A DNA stretch of 64,000 nucleotides from Pseudomonadota bacterium (GTDB taxonomy: Bacteria > Desulfobacterota > Desulfobulbia > Desulfobulbales > SURF-16), in NCBI GenBank assembly GCA_018822545.1, contig JAHJKA010000048.1, forward strand, positions 71,487-135,486. The letters run 5' to 3'. The position numbers and the translations under genes are program-made. This document shows, piece by piece, positions 60,621 through 64,000 of this stretch. Within the stretch, counting starts at the first letter, position 1, and every line of letters starts with the position of its first letter. The notes under the pieces are model-generated. The model did not search any database and was not told where the DNA came from. It was given only the letters and a program-made list of their open reading frames with translations.

Positions 60621-60655
60621 AAACGGGCATCTTGCTTATCACAAGATGCCCGTTT
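60621..60655. terminator. Bidirectional terminator
   Basis: AAACGGGCATCTTG / CAAGATGCCCGTTT. Confidence 0.75.
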
Positions 60656-60688
60656 CTGCTTTTTTAATGCTGCCGATTCGTGCAGCCC

Positions 60689-61789
60689 CTATTTCTCAGC
60701 AAGCTGCTCCGCGCTGGCATTTTCCTCATCAATCAGACGCATACCTTCCATCAGGAGCCCCATAAAATTACCAATGGACTCTGCCCCCATATCTTCCAAA
60801 GGAAGGCAAGAGGTAAACTTAAAAGAGCCGGTATGCTCGCGCAGGATGGCCCAGAAAGCCTCCTTGCCTTTTTTACCGGCATATTCAGCACGAATAATCA
60901 CCCCGTCGCTGAAAGTAATCAAGCCTTTGCCCAGGGGCAACCGCAACTCGAAAACACCTGTTTTGCGGTTCTCATTGAACATCTGAAAAAGCTCACCGGG
61001 ATTCACTTCATCGAGCTGACCGGAGACACCGGCAGCATACTCCTCAGTGCGGGCGGCATTAGCCAGCGACAGTCGCTGGACCAACATGCGGGTAAATGCC
61101 ATCTGTAAGAAGGGGTATTTAACCAGGATATTACTCAAATCCCGACCGGACAACATGAGAACCCGTGTCGTCTCGGCGGTACGAATGGGGGCAGAAACCG
61201 GCTTGCCGGAAATCAGGCTCATCTCGCCAAAGATCTCGCCACGCTGGAGATTAGCAATGGGGCTGCCATCATCATCCAGGACATGAACGCTACCGGACAT
61301 GATGACATAAAGAAATTTACCAGGTCTCCCCTTCTGGAGCACAATTTTACCGGCAGGGATGGTGTCTTGCTTGAAATACTCGACGATCTCCTTAAGATGG
61401 GCAGGCTCCAGGGCGGAAAAAAATGAAAAGGTGCCCAGCATATCCACCAGGGAACCAGACTCCAGAGCCATCTCCTTTTTCTCGGCGGCAGCAAGCATCC
61501 GCATCTGGGGGGTTAGATAGAGACCACCGCTTTCATCGATAGGGCCGAATTTGATAATGCCAGTACAGCCCGGGCAATTATATTCGTCCTTGAGGGCCTC
61601 GGGCCCTTTTTTCTTGCTGCTGAGATACTGTAACAGGATATCCGCCAGGCCTTTGGACAGAAAAAGACAGGCTGGCTTGCCATCAGGGGGCAGAAGGGCG
61701 AGTCCGGAAACGGAAAAATACTCATCCGCCTTATACATAGGACAGCCCCGAACCTCTAAAATCTGAAAATTTGTTTTAAGTAAATCCAT
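60689..61789 (-). CDS. Cys-rich N-terminus + cyclic nucleotide-binding domain + DUF4388-like domain protein
   Basis: GEIFGEMSLI cNMP cassette; G.L......EL.Q......KTG and LLMEGMR..DE typical of DUF4388. Confidence 0.82.
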   Translation of the reverse strand: MDLLKTNFQILEVRGCPMYKADEYFSVSGLALLPPDGKPACLFLSKGLADILLQYLSSKKKGPEALKDEYNCPGCTGIIKFGPIDESGGLYLTPQMRMLAAAEKKEMALESGSLVDMLGTFSFFSALEPAHLKEIVEYFKQDTIPAGKIVLQKGRPGKFLYVIMSGSVHVLDDDGSPIANLQRGEIFGEMSLISGKPVSAPIRTAETTRVLMLSGRDLSNILVKYPFLQMAFTRMLVQRLSLANAARTEEYAAGVSGQLDEVNPGELFQMFNENRKTGVFELRLPLGKGLITFSDGVIIRAEYAGKKGKEAFWAILREHTGSFKFTSCLPLEDMGAESIGNFMGLLMEGMRLIDEENASAEQLAEK

Positions 61790-61797
61790 AATATTGT

Positions 61798-61896
61798 CTA
61801 GCGAGACGATAAAGGGGCGTGTCTCAGATAAGCTCGAAGTTGAAGTAAAACCACCATCATAATTACCTTTTGCGCTGACGGCAAGAATCTTTCCAT
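61798..61896 (-). CDS. Candidate 32-aa upstream/leader peptide
   Basis: AAAGGAGGTGA 4 nt before ATG; MERFLPSAQKVIMMVVLLQLRAYLRHAPLSSR; stop 8 nt before the next ATG. Confidence 0.45.
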   Translation of the reverse strand: MERFLPSAQKVIMMVVLLQLRAYLRHAPLSSR

Positions 61897-62090
61897 CTTC
61901 TCACCTCCTTTGCAGCCTGAACGACAACCTTCCGTGGTCCTGTCCACATAACACCCTCGGACATCCTCCAAAGAATAGGGAAAAATACCCACAGGCTGTT
62001 TTTAAAGAAAGCAATCAAGTACAATAACAAAAAAAGAGATTATCCGCTCAATCCAAACCCAATAAATTGTCGCCGTCCGTGAGGAATCTT

Positions 62091-63836
62091 ATGAAAAAGA
62101 ATGTCTGCAATTTTGAATTCGATGAGTTTGGCGGCACAAGCGCCCTTATCGCCCGCACCACCGGGCCCACCCTCCAGCATGATCATTACCTTAACAAGGG
62201 CACGGCATTCACCGAAGAAGAACGCCTGGAACTTGGATTGAGCGGCGCCCTGCCCCCATCCTGCCGAAATCTAGACAGTCAGGTCAAAAACAGCGCCGTC
62301 AAGGTGGATGAAAAAAAGGATGATATCGAGCGTTACATCTATATCCGCGCCCTCTTTGACCGTAACGTCACCCTGGCCCATGCCCTCATTGCCAGCAATA
62401 TCCCCCATTATATGCGTATTATCTATACCCCCACCGTGGGTCTGGTCTGCCAGCGCTACTCCAATATCTACCGCAGCGCCAACGGGATTCATTTTTATCC
62501 CGGCAATATTCATCAGGCCGAAGAAATCCTCAAACGGTACACATACCGCGATATCCGGGTGGCCGTTGTCACCGACAACCAAGGCATCCTTGGCATTGGT
62601 GATCAGGGCACCGGCGGTATTGCCATCTGTCTCGGTAAACTTATGCTCTACACCCAGGGCGCCGGCATTGCCCCGTGGCATTGCCTGCCCATATCCCTTG
62701 ACATTGGCACCAACAACCCGGATTTACTGGCCGACAAGGAATACCTGGGATGGCGCCATGAGCGCCTCACCGGCCAGGACTATCTCGATTTTATCGGCAC
62801 CTTTTCAACGGCCTTTAAAAAGGTCTTTCCCCACGCCCTCTGTCAGTGGGAAGATTTTTCCAAACAGAACGCCTTTGCCATCCGCGACACCTATGTGGAT
62901 GAGATGATCAGCTTTAACGATGACATCCAGGGCACCGGTGCGGTGACCCTGGCTGCGATCATTGCCGCCATGCGCATTAAGAAAGAAAAATTAAAAGACC
63001 AGGTCTATCTTGTCCATGGTGCCGGGGCTGGTGGCGTGGGGGTTGCCGAACAGATTTTTGTCGCCCTCTGCGAAGAAGGTCTGACTGCCCAGGAGGCGGC
63101 AGACCGCATCTTTACCACGGACAGCAAAGGCTTGGTGACAAACACCCAAAAGCTGCCCTCCTATAAGGAAAAATTTGCCAAAGATCCAAAACGTTTTCCC
63201 TGGATCGCCAAATCCTCACAAAACATCCTGCTTACCATCATCGCAGAGGCCAAGGTCACGGTTCTCATCGGCACCTCCGGCCAAACGGGCAGCTTCACCA
63301 AGGAGATCGCCGAGGCTGTGCTGGCCAATACGCCCAGACCGGTCATCCTACCCCTGTCAAATCCAACCGCCAACTGCGAGGCCACCCCGGAGGACATTAT
63401 CCACTGGACCCATGGCAAGGCTCTCGTCGCCACGGGGAGTCCCTTTGCACCGGTTGAGTACAAGAAACATACCTTCCCCATCGGCCAATGCAATAATGTC
63501 TTTGTCTTTCCCGGCGTTGGTCTGGGCACCATCGGTTCAGGGGCAACCAAGGTTCTCCCCTCTTTCTTTACAGCTGCCGCCCATGCCGTCGCCCGGCAAG
63601 TAAGCGACAAGGCCTTGGCGCGCGGCGAACTTCTGCCGGCTGTCGAACAGCTACGGGAGGTCAGCATGGAGGTGGCGGTGGCAGTGGGAACCAAGGCCAT
63701 CGAGGAAGGCGTTGCGCCCAGATGCAGCTTTAGCACATTTGAGCATCGAGGCAATCCTGGCCGTTTGCGGGCCCTGCTCTCCAATATGCGCTGGGAGCCC
63801 ACCTACCTGCCCATCAAGCTCAATGAGGAATGCTGA
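62091..63836 (+). CDS. maeA: NAD-dependent malic enzyme
   Basis: NKGTAF, IYTPTVG, ILGIGD, FNDDIQGT, GAGAGG, LSNPT, ATGSPF; GAGGA SD before ATG 62091. Confidence 0.92.
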   Translation: MKKNVCNFEFDEFGGTSALIARTTGPTLQHDHYLNKGTAFTEEERLELGLSGALPPSCRNLDSQVKNSAVKVDEKKDDIERYIYIRALFDRNVTLAHALIASNIPHYMRIIYTPTVGLVCQRYSNIYRSANGIHFYPGNIHQAEEILKRYTYRDIRVAVVTDNQGILGIGDQGTGGIAICLGKLMLYTQGAGIAPWHCLPISLDIGTNNPDLLADKEYLGWRHERLTGQDYLDFIGTFSTAFKKVFPHALCQWEDFSKQNAFAIRDTYVDEMISFNDDIQGTGAVTLAAIIAAMRIKKEKLKDQVYLVHGAGAGGVGVAEQIFVALCEEGLTAQEAADRIFTTDSKGLVTNTQKLPSYKEKFAKDPKRFPWIAKSSQNILLTIIAEAKVTVLIGTSGQTGSFTKEIAEAVLANTPRPVILPLSNPTANCEATPEDIIHWTHGKALVATGSPFAPVEYKKHTFPIGQCNNVFVFPGVGLGTIGSGATKVLPSFFTAAAHAVARQVSDKALARGELLPAVEQLREVSMEVAVAVGTKAIEEGVAPRCSFSTFEHRGNPGRLRALLSNMRWEPTYLPIKLNEEC

Positions 63837-63869
63837 AAAGGTGTTGTCCCTCAGTAGTCAACAACCAGA

Positions 63870-63998
63870 TTACTGAGCGGAATCAGCTTTATCGAGGTCC
63901 ACCATCACTTCGCCATCTTCATATGAAAAAGCGGTTGGCCCCCGATCATTTTTATCAAGGAACTCTGCCTTGCAAATACGAATTAAGGTATTGCCGTA
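63870..63998 (-). CDS. Possible 3' end of a gene running off the window
   Basis: 43 open codons ending ..EVMVDLDKADSAQ-stop, convergent on maeA; no recognisable motif. Confidence 0.4.
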   Translation of the reverse strand, partial: YGNTLIRICKAEFLDKNDRGPTAFSYEDGEVMVDLDKADSAQ

Positions 63999-64000
63999 AC

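Noticed and set aside
63831-63880. Malic enzyme ends Cys-UGA, suggesting a CU selenocysteine motif
   Set aside because: The downstream pairing (CTCAGTA/TACTGAG) has a large loop unlike a SECIS and overlaps a convergent stop; I know of no Sec precedent in this family.
1-64000. CRISPR arrays, tRNA/rRNA, IS elements, prophage
   Set aside because: No regularly spaced repeats, RNA gene signatures, transposase, integrase or phage genes were recognised by eye; a covariance-model scan was not possible.

Overview
Gene-dense core-chromosome segment. Gene content and order suggest a Desulfobacterota (former Deltaproteobacteria, probably Desulfobulbales-like) bacterium; this assignment is an inference. 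Most genes are on the minus strand. From the start: a pfk 3' end, HNH-folC, a UvrD/PcrA helicase and a NikR-linked ECF Ni/Co transporter operon ending in a PHP phosphatase. Then ftsK, nusB-rib-nrdR-deaminase-glyA-rpiB and a fatty-acid synthesis cluster (rpmF-plsX-fabH-[acyl-CoA dehydrogenase-etfB-etfA]-fabG-acpP-fabF). After that come an mla operon, two B12-type radical SAM genes, tusA, fused hisHF, dapL, lpxD-fabZ-lpxA-lpxI-murU-amgK-der, ihf, pilC, a SNF2 helicase, a cNMP/DUF4388-like protein and malic enzyme. I found no rRNA, tRNA, CRISPR array, transposase or prophage genes. The best leads are: (1) a bifurcating-type ACAD/ETF module inside the FAS II operon, with no fabD or enoyl-ACP reductase in the window; (2) a secreted TPR protein whose UGA is followed by Gly-Arg-stop and a SECIS-like hairpin, a candidate C-terminal selenoprotein; (3) an unannotated 32-codon upstream ORF with a perfect Shine-Dalgarno and a GGA-rich structured leader; (4) an atypical MlaA with a SPOR-like tail, and a cNMP-binding gene closing the mla operon; (5) paired NikR operators. 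All family calls come from motif recognition; no database search was run.
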